IMG/VR virus record: IMGVR_UViG_3300037312_000769
Location: 5,059-69,058 of that record
Source: a virus
Length of the DNA stretch: 64,000 bases
Direction: 5' to 3' (one strand)
Under the pieces are notes generated by a model that worked only from the letters and a program-made list of their open reading frames with translations, searched no databases and was not told where the DNA came from. The position numbers and the translations under genes are program-made. Below are positions 8,424 to 16,571 of this stretch, in pieces; the first letter of the stretch is position 1, and every line of letters starts with the position of its first letter.

Positions 8424-8945
8424 TTATCCCAAGAAAACCACTCGCATGCGGATCGAATATTGCGGTGAGCCCGTGGCTCCCGAGACGGTCGTCGAATAGG
8501 TGATGTTTTGGCTTGCGGCAGAGTTGACGGCGAACATCTGCGTCGTCTCATTGCCTAGCGTCGTCAGACTCATGGAGCCGGTCGATACGCTTGCCGATGC
8601 CGATCCGTTGTTCCACCCAAGCGATGCGCTTACGGTGCCTGCGGTACCAGCGGTCGTACATTGGATGTCCACAATCACGAGATAGAGCCCCGCTCCACTA
8701 GAGGGAACCGCATAAAGCGTCGCACTCGGCATCGATGCGGTTTGCGGCGTTGAGGTGAGCGTCGCGTATTGCCCGACGATCGAGAGTGCACCCGATGGAA
8801 TGGTCGCACCCGATAGCGTCGAAGCGCTGAGTGCGCCGGCCGTCAACGTTCCCGTTATCGTGGTGTTTTGAAACGTCGGCGACGGATAGGTTTGGCCGAG
8901 CGCCACCAGCGGCGCAAACAGCGCCGCAAGAAGAAGTTTCTTCAT
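8424..8945 (-). CDS. secreted Ser/Thr-rich protein with a Sec signal peptide
   Basis: MKKLLLAALFAPLVALGQTYP signal peptide. Co-transcribed with the downstream beta-helix gene (5-nt gap). Confidence 0.45.
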   Translation of the reverse strand: MKKLLLAALFAPLVALGQTYPSPTFQNTTITGTLTAGALSASTLSGATIPSGALSIVGQYATLTSTPQTASMPSATLYAVPSSGAGLYLVIVDIQCTTAGTAGTVSASLGWNNGSASASVSTGSMSLTTLGNETTQMFAVNSAASQNITYSTTVSGATGSPQYSIRMRVVFLG

Positions 8946-8952
8946 GTGATCG

Positions 8953-9168
8953 TCAGGAGATGGAAACTACGCCGGCATCGTTCCAAACGACACCAGGGAC
9001 GGACGGCTTTTGAGTCGGCAGATCGGCTACCCATGAAGTGCCGGAACCGATAATGGAAGTGAGCATGGAAAGCGGCATCGAGCATTCGGCTTTCTCGCCG
9101 TTTTGCTCTTGCAAAATCGTCACAATTTCACTGCCGGTTAAAGGCTGAGGTAGCCCATGTATGCGCAT
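8953..9168 (-). CDS. small protein ending in the WNxxGVVSI motif (fibre-adaptor remnant or assembly factor)
   Basis: C-terminus PGVVWNDAGVVSIS matches the C-termini of the gp48-like protein (LWNNGGVVSIA). The longer ORF 8953..9465 is probably a degenerate N-terminus. Confidence 0.35.
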   Translation of the reverse strand: MRIHGLPQPLTGSEIVTILQEQNGEKAECSMPLSMLTSIIGSGTSWVADLPTQKPSVPGVVWNDAGVVSIS

Positions 9169-9170
9169 AG

Positions 9171-9362
9171 TCAGTCTCCGGGGCGAATCAAATGCGCCTG
9201 CACTAAGACAGGTAGGTTGCTGAAGTACGTTCCATAGCGCGCATCGCTCGATGGAATCTGATCTTGATTTGGGTACACGTCCTGGTTTTGTGGACAGCCA
9301 AACACAGATGCCAACGCCGCCTGAGAGGCATCGGAATATTGAACAAACACCTTCGTGGCCAT
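9171..9362 (-). CDS. hypothetical small protein (possible fibre assembly factor)
   Basis: 63-aa ORF tightly packed between the fibre gene and the next gene. Confidence 0.3.
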   Translation of the reverse strand: MATKVFVQYSDASQAALASVFGCPQNQDVYPNQDQIPSSDARYGTYFSNLPVLVQAHLIRPGD

Positions 9363-9364
9363 GG

Positions 9365-10471
9365 CTAGAAGGAATAGGTCGAGATGGCGATGCTGGCCGA
9401 CATGGCGCCAGAACTAACCGTTGCCGTGTAATAAAGTAGTTGCGGCGTGGAAAGCGGCGTCGCAAACTGCCCAGAGGTCAGCGTTCCAGCGCCGGATATT
9501 TCTGTTGAGCCAAACGCCGATGACGTCGAGGCGATCTGACCGAGATTGTTCCCGGTGAGCGTGGAACTCACGATCATGTAGCCGCTCGCCTTTTTCGCAT
9601 TGGGCGGCACGGCCCCGCTAATCGAAAGTGGCGTGAAGGATGCTTGTTGCGTGGAGGTCGACAGAACCGTTGAAGGCTGGATGTAGATGTCGCGGTCGTA
9701 CTGGAATCCCGCGGCGAATTGGCCGTTACCGATCGTCGGCCACACAGAAACGAGAGCGCTTGCCGTATATCCGCTGGGCATGTGACCGCCTGCGTAGACG
9801 CTTGGCGCCGTGGCTGACGACGCATTCGTGGCGAGCAGGCCGAATGTGGCTGTCGATGGCTTGTAGATGGCGTAAATCGCGACGTAACCACTTGCCGGAG
9901 AACTTCCGGTATCCATCCCGCCAGCACCGACAGAGCCTAGATTGACCGATCCGATGGCTGATGCGATGCAATACCGCAGACCGCCTAGCGCGCTTTCGAG
10001 CACGACTTCATCAGCCGACCATGACCCAACAGCGCTCGATACCGGTATGCTCATCTTCGCATTGCGAACTGACCCAACTACTCCCGAGATTTGTCCGTTC
10101 GCCGCGAGGATGGGCTGACTGAAACTGTTAGACCCACTCCACGAGTTATCGGCTGGCAGTTGCCCGAAATTCGATTGCTGCCCCAATGTCGGCGAGTTGT
10201 ATGCGAAGTCTCCGGTCGACCACGACAAAGCCGAGGTACCTTCCTGTGCGCGAAGCAAACCGCTCAGCGTGGCCCCAGAAATCGCCGTGGCATAGATGAC
10301 CTCGAAGTTTTGACGGGTCGCCTGATCGTTCAAGGTAATGACTAGAACTTGTCCGGATGGGATCGACGCCGGCAGAAATGCGGTACTCGCGAGCGTCAAC
10401 GAGGTAGCGGTAGACGAAATAGGTCCCGCCAACGTCGTATCGACGTTGTTCGCAAACATGAAAATGGTCAT
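9365..10471 (-). CDS. tail fibre protein
   Basis: Ser/Thr/Gly-rich 368-aa protein. Its position after the J-like and gp48-like baseplate genes matches Mu S / P2 H synteny. Confidence 0.55.
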   Translation of the reverse strand: MTIFMFANNVDTTLAGPISSTATSLTLASTAFLPASIPSGQVLVITLNDQATRQNFEVIYATAISGATLSGLLRAQEGTSALSWSTGDFAYNSPTLGQQSNFGQLPADNSWSGSNSFSQPILAANGQISGVVGSVRNAKMSIPVSSAVGSWSADEVVLESALGGLRYCIASAIGSVNLGSVGAGGMDTGSSPASGYVAIYAIYKPSTATFGLLATNASSATAPSVYAGGHMPSGYTASALVSVWPTIGNGQFAAGFQYDRDIYIQPSTVLSTSTQQASFTPLSISGAVPPNAKKASGYMIVSSTLTGNNLGQIASTSSAFGSTEISGAGTLTSGQFATPLSTPQLLYYTATVSSGAMSASIAISTYSF

Positions 10472-10477
10472 TAGTCG

Positions 10478-11377
10478 CTAGGCGATCGAGACGACGCCAC
10501 CGTTGTTCCAAAGTTGCCCGGTACCGGAGCCGGGATTTGAGAGCGGAAGATTTCCGCCGCCAAGCGCAAGAAGTTGCGCGGGGAAGGTGTACTGAAAGTA
10601 AAGAGGAGGGGCAGACGGATCGGGGGTAACGCCAGGAATGACGGAGATCACGCCACCATTCCACCAAACCGCTCCTGGCGTTAAGCCTGTCGGGCTGATC
10701 GGGTACGTAAGGGCGTACGGTAGATAGAGCACCCCGCCGTCATTGACGAAGCTATCGGTGACGAAACTAAGCGTGTATTCGAACGGGAACTGAAGGTCCG
10801 AATTCGCATAGCATTCCTTCAGCGCTTCGTACGGCACACTGTCATAGGCCGTGACCGTGAACGTCGTCCCAGACACCGAAATCGACGGAGGGTCATTCAG
10901 TACCGGCCAATCTCCACCGTTGACGCCATTGACGAATCGACTGATCCGATTCTTCAACCATTGCATGCAGAACTGCTGGCCGTCGCCGCGGTACAGATGC
11001 CACGTCATCACTCGCTTGTAAATGTCGTCCGTGGCGATCGATGCCGTCTGCGTCGATGCGTAAAACTGGCCGTTGTACGAGATTTCGTTGTAGGCATTCG
11101 CGTTGTATCCGGCGCGCCTGGAGGTCGATGTCGTGGCGAGCACCGGTCGGCCGATCCCATAAACGCCTCTCCCGATCCAATCAAGCAGCGGGCCATTGAT
11201 AAATGGTGACGTGTACAGCCCGAGCGGCGTCTGGTTAAACCAATCCAGGTATCCCTGCGTTAGCGAGTTGTAGGCATCGACGAATGCCTGCAGGTTTGGA
11301 TCGTCCGAATACTCGGCGTAGAGATAGCTCGGAATCGTTTGCTGGATGGGCGTGACGGCAAATGATTCAATTTGCAT
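10478..11377 (-). CDS. baseplate/tail-fibre adaptor protein (Mu gp48 / P2 gpI-like position)
   Basis: Follows the J-like gene. Contains two WNxGGV(V/I)S repeats. Confidence 0.45.
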   Translation of the reverse strand: MQIESFAVTPIQQTIPSYLYAEYSDDPNLQAFVDAYNSLTQGYLDWFNQTPLGLYTSPFINGPLLDWIGRGVYGIGRPVLATTSTSRRAGYNANAYNEISYNGQFYASTQTASIATDDIYKRVMTWHLYRGDGQQFCMQWLKNRISRFVNGVNGGDWPVLNDPPSISVSGTTFTVTAYDSVPYEALKECYANSDLQFPFEYTLSFVTDSFVNDGGVLYLPYALTYPISPTGLTPGAVWWNGGVISVIPGVTPDPSAPPLYFQYTFPAQLLALGGGNLPLSNPGSGTGQLWNNGGVVSIA

Positions 11378-11380
11378 GCA

Positions 11381-12802
11381 TCACCCCTGATTGACCGTTA
11401 CGCCGGTGCTCGAACACAAGAAATAGCTTTCTGGGTCCGATGCGATGATGTTCGTGCCGGCCGAGGGCGTCGCGGTCACGCCATTTATCGTTACCGCGAA
11501 TTGCAGCGTCGTGATGTTCTGGGCGTCAATGACCGAAGCGACCGCCTGCTGGAACGTACTGATCATGACGTCCAAATTGATCGGCTGGCCGGCATAGATC
11601 GAGTTCAAATAGGCTTGCAACTGAGGTGCTGCGAGTTGCGCAACCGATCCCCCGGCCGTGAAATTCGGCAGCGTGGTATTCCATGTCACTGCGACCGCTA
11701 CGTTTTGCGCCGGCGGATTCACGTAGGGAAGGTTGTACGTGTTCGGGTTCTGGAAAAGTGAGACGCTGACATTCCGAGGGTTGGGCGAGAATGTCGCGCC
11801 CCCGGTGTAGGATCCGAATCCGCTGCCATTGGTCGTGGTCGTAATCGATGTGCCGGAGACCGATGCCACCGTGTAAGTGATGTTGAACGCACTCGGCGTG
11901 GCGCCCGTGACCGTAAAGGTCGATCCAACAGCAAAGCTGCTTGCGAGGTTCGTGGTGACGACGACCGGGTTCGCGTTCGTCATGCCGGTGATGACCATCT
12001 GCGAGCCTTTCAGCAGCGCGATATCTCCCGCGCCCTGCAGAATCGCATTCGCCACTTCGTATGGATCACCGCCGCCGCAGATGACTTGCCAGCCGCCCGA
12101 TACTTGGTTGATCGAGATGAGTCTTTGCTGAACGCCTGTAATCTTTCCGAGCAGGGTTTTAAGATATGCCGGGGTTCCCACCGAGGTTACGATGCCAGCC
12201 TGTAGCACGCGCGCGCGATAGTCTTGCGGGCTTTCCGTCGACGTGGCCGGTGCGCCCGCCTGCGGGTTCGTGACGGTTATCGTGTACGCACTCGGAACCG
12301 AGGTCACAAGTTGCGTAACCGTATTTGCGGGGATCGCGAACGTCCCGCTGCTCGTGGCCACAGCGTACAGAAGCGTTGTGGTGCCGCTCGTTGGGATTAC
12401 CCCGCCATCTTGAAGGGCGTATTGGTTGGTCCCGTCGCTTACCAGAAAGCCGCGGGGCAGCACATAGCCGGCCGGGCCAGAAAATTGGACATAGACGCTG
12501 CCGTTTGCGCCGACGCCCTGCGGAATGCCGAATTGAGCGCCGAGTTGCGCCAGCACATAAGCATTCGCACCGTACGGCGTGACTGAACTGATAGCCTCGA
12601 CTCGAGCCTGGTCGATCGCGGTCAGCGCGGCAACATCGGTCCCACTGATGTCATCAATCAAGCCGGCGGGAAGAACGGTATAGCCGGGCTGCTGCGTCGC
12701 AACGTAGTTGATGAGAGCCGCATAGAGCGTGGCGACCGGCGTCGGCGTGGGACCGGCAAGCGTCATCACCAACGGAATAGACGTCGGGCTGATAGTGCTC
12801 AT
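11381..12802 (-). CDS. baseplate J-like protein (Mu gp47 / P2 gpJ family)
   Basis: 473 aa, with size and position typical of Baseplate_J. 4-bp overlap with the upstream wedge gene. Confidence 0.6.
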   Translation of the reverse strand: MSTISPTSIPLVMTLAGPTPTPVATLYAALINYVATQQPGYTVLPAGLIDDISGTDVAALTAIDQARVEAISSVTPYGANAYVLAQLGAQFGIPQGVGANGSVYVQFSGPAGYVLPRGFLVSDGTNQYALQDGGVIPTSGTTTLLYAVATSSGTFAIPANTVTQLVTSVPSAYTITVTNPQAGAPATSTESPQDYRARVLQAGIVTSVGTPAYLKTLLGKITGVQQRLISINQVSGGWQVICGGGDPYEVANAILQGAGDIALLKGSQMVITGMTNANPVVVTTNLASSFAVGSTFTVTGATPSAFNITYTVASVSGTSITTTTNGSGFGSYTGGATFSPNPRNVSVSLFQNPNTYNLPYVNPPAQNVAVAVTWNTTLPNFTAGGSVAQLAAPQLQAYLNSIYAGQPINLDVMISTFQQAVASVIDAQNITTLQFAVTINGVTATPSAGTNIIASDPESYFLCSSTGVTVNQG

Positions 12803-13146
12803 GTGGCGATCGTTTGATTAATCACGGCCCCGCTATGGCATACCGCGGTGACGTTGTAGACTGGCGGGTACTGGCCCGGAACCTGGATGATGGCCAGGGA
12901 TGCGAATTTCGGCGCGAAGTACTGCTGGATGTTCGATACGTAGTAGCTCGGCATGACCTGGGTCATGATGGTTTGATACTGGGGAATACCGAGATTTGCG
13001 TAGAACGGCGATTCGCCGAGGTTAAGTTTTAACGCCTGAACGAGGGTAGTCAGCCAACAGTTGTCGGAGAATCCATTCTCATCCGTCGTTATTTCTACCC
13101 ATTGGTACGAGCCATCTTCGTTGTAGGTTCTGCCCCATGTGCGCAT
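12799..13146 (-). CDS. baseplate wedge protein, GPW/gp25-like (Mu gp46 position)
   Basis: 115-aa protein immediately upstream of the J-like gene. Confidence 0.5.
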   Translation of the reverse strand: MRTWGRTYNEDGSYQWVEITTDENGFSDNCWLTTLVQALKLNLGESPFYANLGIPQYQTIMTQVMPSYYVSNIQQYFAPKFASLAIIQVPGQYPPVYNVTAVCHSGAVINQTIAT

Positions 13147-13163
13147 TTCTGACCTATTAAGCT

Positions 13164-13796
13164 ATGCCCGAGACGCATCCGCCAACCTTTTTCACTCACG
13201 ACCATCTCTGCGCGCTGTCCCACAACTACCTTGCGCTGGTGCTGTTCGTGAGCAGCCGGTCAGGGGCATTCGATCTGGCAATGGATGTGGCAAGACGCGC
13301 TGCGTTGTTTATCGAGCGCGATCTGGAGTCAATGAAAATCTATGTGGCTGGTTTCGACGCGACACTTGACGGTGTCGAGCTAGCGATCGACTTGATCCAC
13401 TACGCCCGCGGGTGGAAAGGGACGCATTTCTACGTACGGGGCCGCATGGTCATCGGCGAGATGAAACAGGCCTATGACTTGGAGTCGGTGCTGAGATGCT
13501 TCTCGGATTCGTGCCATGCAGACGATTGGCGGGCTCACTGCCAGCGGACTATCGATTCTCCGTATTTCCCGGTTCATGCTCGACTCAAGCTCGAGCACAT
13601 TCATCCGATGTTCCGCCATATCACGGCCGCCTCGGATGAAGGAAACTTCGTGTTCCCTTGCGCCTACATGCTCCAATGGTTCGAGGCTCAGCCCGGCCAT
13701 CCGTCATCGGTACGCGATCAAATCCAGGCGGAAGGCGTTGCCAAGATGTGCGACGCGTGTCCAAGATTTTCTCCCGATGACTTCAAACTGAGGTAA
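13164..13796 (+). CDS. moron: hypothetical protein on the opposite strand inside the baseplate operon
   Basis: 210-aa ORF running antiparallel to all flanking tail genes. No recognisable domain. Confidence 0.5.
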   Translation: MPETHPPTFFTHDHLCALSHNYLALVLFVSSRSGAFDLAMDVARRAALFIERDLESMKIYVAGFDATLDGVELAIDLIHYARGWKGTHFYVRGRMVIGEMKQAYDLESVLRCFSDSCHADDWRAHCQRTIDSPYFPVHARLKLEHIHPMFRHITAASDEGNFVFPCAYMLQWFEAQPGHPSSVRDQIQAEGVAKMCDACPRFSPDDFKLR

Positions 13797-13799
13797 GCC

Positions 13800-13898
13800 G
13801 TGGAAGATTTAAAAAAAACCATCACCGCCTTTCTGGCAACGCTTGCCATTCTTGTGGCGTTAGTATTGTTGTTCGCGAGCGCTACCGGCGGCCTTTGA
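13800..13898 (+). CDS. 32-aa hydrophobic (single-TM) peptide
   Basis: GTG start 8 nt after a GAGGT Shine-Dalgarno, 4 nt after the moron's stop. Peptide VEDLKKTITAFLATLAILVALVLLFASATGGL. Below the 60-aa ORF-track cutoff. Confidence 0.35.
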   Translation: MEDLKKTITAFLATLAILVALVLLFASATGGL

Positions 13899-14603
13899 TT
13901 ATCCTTGTGGTGGCCCGGTTTCCGTTTCATTCCCACCTCCCGGAAAGTATGGGTGGGTATGGTCTTCATATAGAGCGCCGTTGATGCTCAACCCGGCGCC
14001 ATTGAAGACGATGGTGCTCGCACCAAATGTCATGGTGATACCGGCGGAGTCCAAGACGAGTGATGTCGAACCAAAATTCAGTGCTGTTTCTAACTCATTC
14101 ACGATCACCGTATTGTTGCCGAAAGTGACCGTCGTCCCACTCGTGTTCGTGACGATTTCGGAGGTCGTGCCCGTTGTCGTTCGGATGATCGCGCCGTTCG
14201 GCCCCTGTACTTGGGCCGCGTTTTGATCGATCGGCGGGGATCCGACGTTACTGACCGGAACGAAGACCAGCGTTGAAAGATTACCGCGGCGGGTCATGGT
14301 AGCGGTGCCGCCGCCTATGCCCGATACCCCTCCGAGATAGACGTCGGCCGGCATCGTCACGCCCTTATCGCCTACCTGGGTTGGCATCCTGATCCAAGGG
14401 CTTTCGGCCTTCGGAATCGTGATGTTCGGCAACGACTGCGGGGAATTTTGGACATCGAATGCGACCGTCACGACCGCGCCCGCGACCTTTACGACGTGGC
14501 AGGGTAGGGCATATCCCTGATTCTCAATCGCCTGCGTGATGCGATTGATCGCCAGTTGATTTGCTTTCTGCTGGAACCAAAGCTTTGCGGAGTTCTCAGC
14601 CAT
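13899..14603 (-). CDS. baseplate central spike (Mu gp45 / P2 gpV-like)
   Basis: N-terminal OB-like region, C-terminal beta-helical repeats and a terminal HTH motif (EDHTHPY), as in gpV apex domains. Confidence 0.55.
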   Translation of the reverse strand: MAENSAKLWFQQKANQLAINRITQAIENQGYALPCHVVKVAGAVVTVAFDVQNSPQSLPNITIPKAESPWIRMPTQVGDKGVTMPADVYLGGVSGIGGGTATMTRRGNLSTLVFVPVSNVGSPPIDQNAAQVQGPNGAIIRTTTGTTSEIVTNTSGTTVTFGNNTVIVNELETALNFGSTSLVLDSAGITMTFGASTIVFNGAGLSINGALYEDHTHPYFPGGGNETETGPPQG

Positions 14604-15561
14604 TTGGGTTCATCACGCAGTTAGCAATCGTCGCCCATTGAGCAGCGTCTTTTGACCTGAAATTTCCGATCTGACGAAGCTCTTGGACGATGAAGTTGTT
14701 TTGAAACGCAGTCTGATACTTGACGGTAGAAGGGTACGAGTTAGACGTCGTCGTGACGAAACCCGGCAGGTTTTGATATCCCTGCGGCATCCTCACGACT
14801 GAACCCATGCGAAGGTCTGCTCGAGCCACCGTCTTGAACTGGATCGTGTTCACCGCCAACCAGGTTGGTTGCCCCACGAAGTCGGTAAAGACAAGTTGCA
14901 CCGGAGACGGCGAATAGGTCGAGTCAAACACAACGATGCGACCGGCTTGAATGCCGATCGACACGCGGTTGTCGAACATGCCCTCGGTGATGTCTCCGAC
15001 TATCTGAGCGAGTTGGTCCAGGGTTCCACAGACATGGATTTCGTCGAAGTTCTGCGTGATGTTCGGGCTGATATTCATGTCCACCGGAACGCCTGCGTAG
15101 GCGACCGAGAACGTCTGCCTCAGCGCAGCATCAAGCGACATACCGGCGGTCCAATATAGGACGATATCGCCTGGGTTATCGACGGTGTAGCCCCCTGGGA
15201 TGACGACGAAATCGAGCGTCTGCTCAGTTCCCTCCCAATTTCCGAAGCACTGGAAGACCTGACCGCGGAGGACCGTGCCGGCCTGAGCCGGATTGATCAG
15301 CGGCAGCCCTGGCGCCTTCATCCCCACCTTGAGCTCCAACGTCATGCCGGCGAACTGCTGGGGCTGAGTCAGGTTTTGGAGGCCGATGCCCTGCAAGGTG
15401 ATCGACGAGGCCCCATTGGGCGTACCGTATGGTCCGATCAACGCGTCGTATTCGATGTTTAGCGCCGCAGGATCAAAAATCCCGCCAGGATGAGACGTCC
15501 ATGTCTGCGTCGGAGTCGTTTGCCCTTGAGGCGTAAGCGTTAGCGAGTAATACCTGCTCAC
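14596..15561 (-). CDS. baseplate hub protein (Mu gp44 / P2 gpD-like position)
   Basis: 321-aa protein between the tape-measure-adjacent genes and the spike. Assignment by synteny. Confidence 0.45.
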   Translation of the reverse strand: MSRYYSLTLTPQGQTTPTQTWTSHPGGIFDPAALNIEYDALIGPYGTPNGASSITLQGIGLQNLTQPQQFAGMTLELKVGMKAPGLPLINPAQAGTVLRGQVFQCFGNWEGTEQTLDFVVIPGGYTVDNPGDIVLYWTAGMSLDAALRQTFSVAYAGVPVDMNISPNITQNFDEIHVCGTLDQLAQIVGDITEGMFDNRVSIGIQAGRIVVFDSTYSPSPVQLVFTDFVGQPTWLAVNTIQFKTVARADLRMGSVVRMPQGYQNLPGFVTTTSNSYPSTVKYQTAFQNNFIVQELRQIGNFRSKDAAQWATIANCVMNPNG

Positions 15562-15836
15562 GGCGTTACCTCAATGTTCCCTGTGTCTTCGCGGTATAAA
15601 ATCTTGGATGTCGAAAAAACGCCAGGTGCCAGCGCGACATCGAAGGTTAGCGATGACCCGACCATCGGCCCGCACCAGATCGTATTGCCATTCTGGTCCA
15701 CGATCGTCAGATACCATCGTTGCCCATAGACGTTCCACGTCACGTTGCCCATGTAGCTCACGCCATCAAGGGTCAACGGAGCCGAGAATGGCGGGCTCGC
15801 TGTGTTGACCGGTGAGAAAGGAATGAGCGTCGTCAC
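15558..15836 (-). CDS. small tail protein
   Basis: 92 aa; 4-bp overlaps with both neighbouring genes. Confidence 0.35.
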   Translation of the reverse strand: MTTLIPFSPVNTASPPFSAPLTLDGVSYMGNVTWNVYGQRWYLTIVDQNGNTIWCGPMVGSSLTFDVALAPGVFSTSKILYREDTGNIEVTP

Positions 15837-16570
15837 ACGGGGCTCGATAGATATTGATTCACCACGCCGGCGAATTGCCCGACATTGGATAGCGCGTTTT
15901 GCGCGGCCGATCCGATGGCCACACTAGGGTTGGACCAGAACGACGTTCCTGCTGTGGTCGGGGGCGTCACTTGACCGCCGCCCGATAGCTTCGACATGAG
16001 CGAGTTGTACGCATTCGTCGCTTGCTGTCCGGTGATAAGCGGTTGCACGAAATTCCATTGATATTCGATCTGCTGCTGTTTGGTGCTGCCACCAGTGACA
16101 TCCACGACGTCAAGCAGCAAGCAGTTCGAATAGATGCTTGCCGGCGTGGCCACGATGTAGGTTCCGCCCGCGGCGTTGTGTGCGACGATCGATGTTTGCA
16201 GCGCGGTCCAGACGGCGAGCTTCGTGAGATAGCCCGCCGTGTCCTTGACCGGCGCGATCATCCGCAGGCTAATCGCCAACGGATTTTGGATAGTGGAGTT
16301 TGCTGCTACCTGCTGATTCGCGAATGGGAATGTCGCCACTTGTTGACTTACCAACGTCGATCCAGGAACCGGCACGAACCGCGCGAAGAAATCATCGGTT
16401 CCTAGGCTTCCACTCGAGAGCGCGCCCTGAATCGCTGAGCCCGTCTGCCCCGTCAGCGCAATGATAGGCAGCATGCCACCCAACGCGTTCGCCGCAATGC
16501 CGCCGACCAGGATGATCGGGCTCACCTGGAAGGCGAGATCGTAGGCTGTTGCGAATACCGGTTGGGTCAT
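15833..16570 (-). CDS. tail protein (Mu gp43 / DNA-circulation-like position)
   Basis: 245 aa, immediately downstream of the tape-measure gene. Assignment by synteny. Confidence 0.35.
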   Translation of the reverse strand: MTQPVFATAYDLAFQVSPIILVGGIAANALGGMLPIIALTGQTGSAIQGALSSGSLGTDDFFARFVPVPGSTLVSQQVATFPFANQQVAANSTIQNPLAISLRMIAPVKDTAGYLTKLAVWTALQTSIVAHNAAGGTYIVATPASIYSNCLLLDVVDVTGGSTKQQQIEYQWNFVQPLITGQQATNAYNSLMSKLSGGGQVTPPTTAGTSFWSNPSVAIGSAAQNALSNVGQFAGVVNQYLSSPV

Positions 16571-16571
16571 A

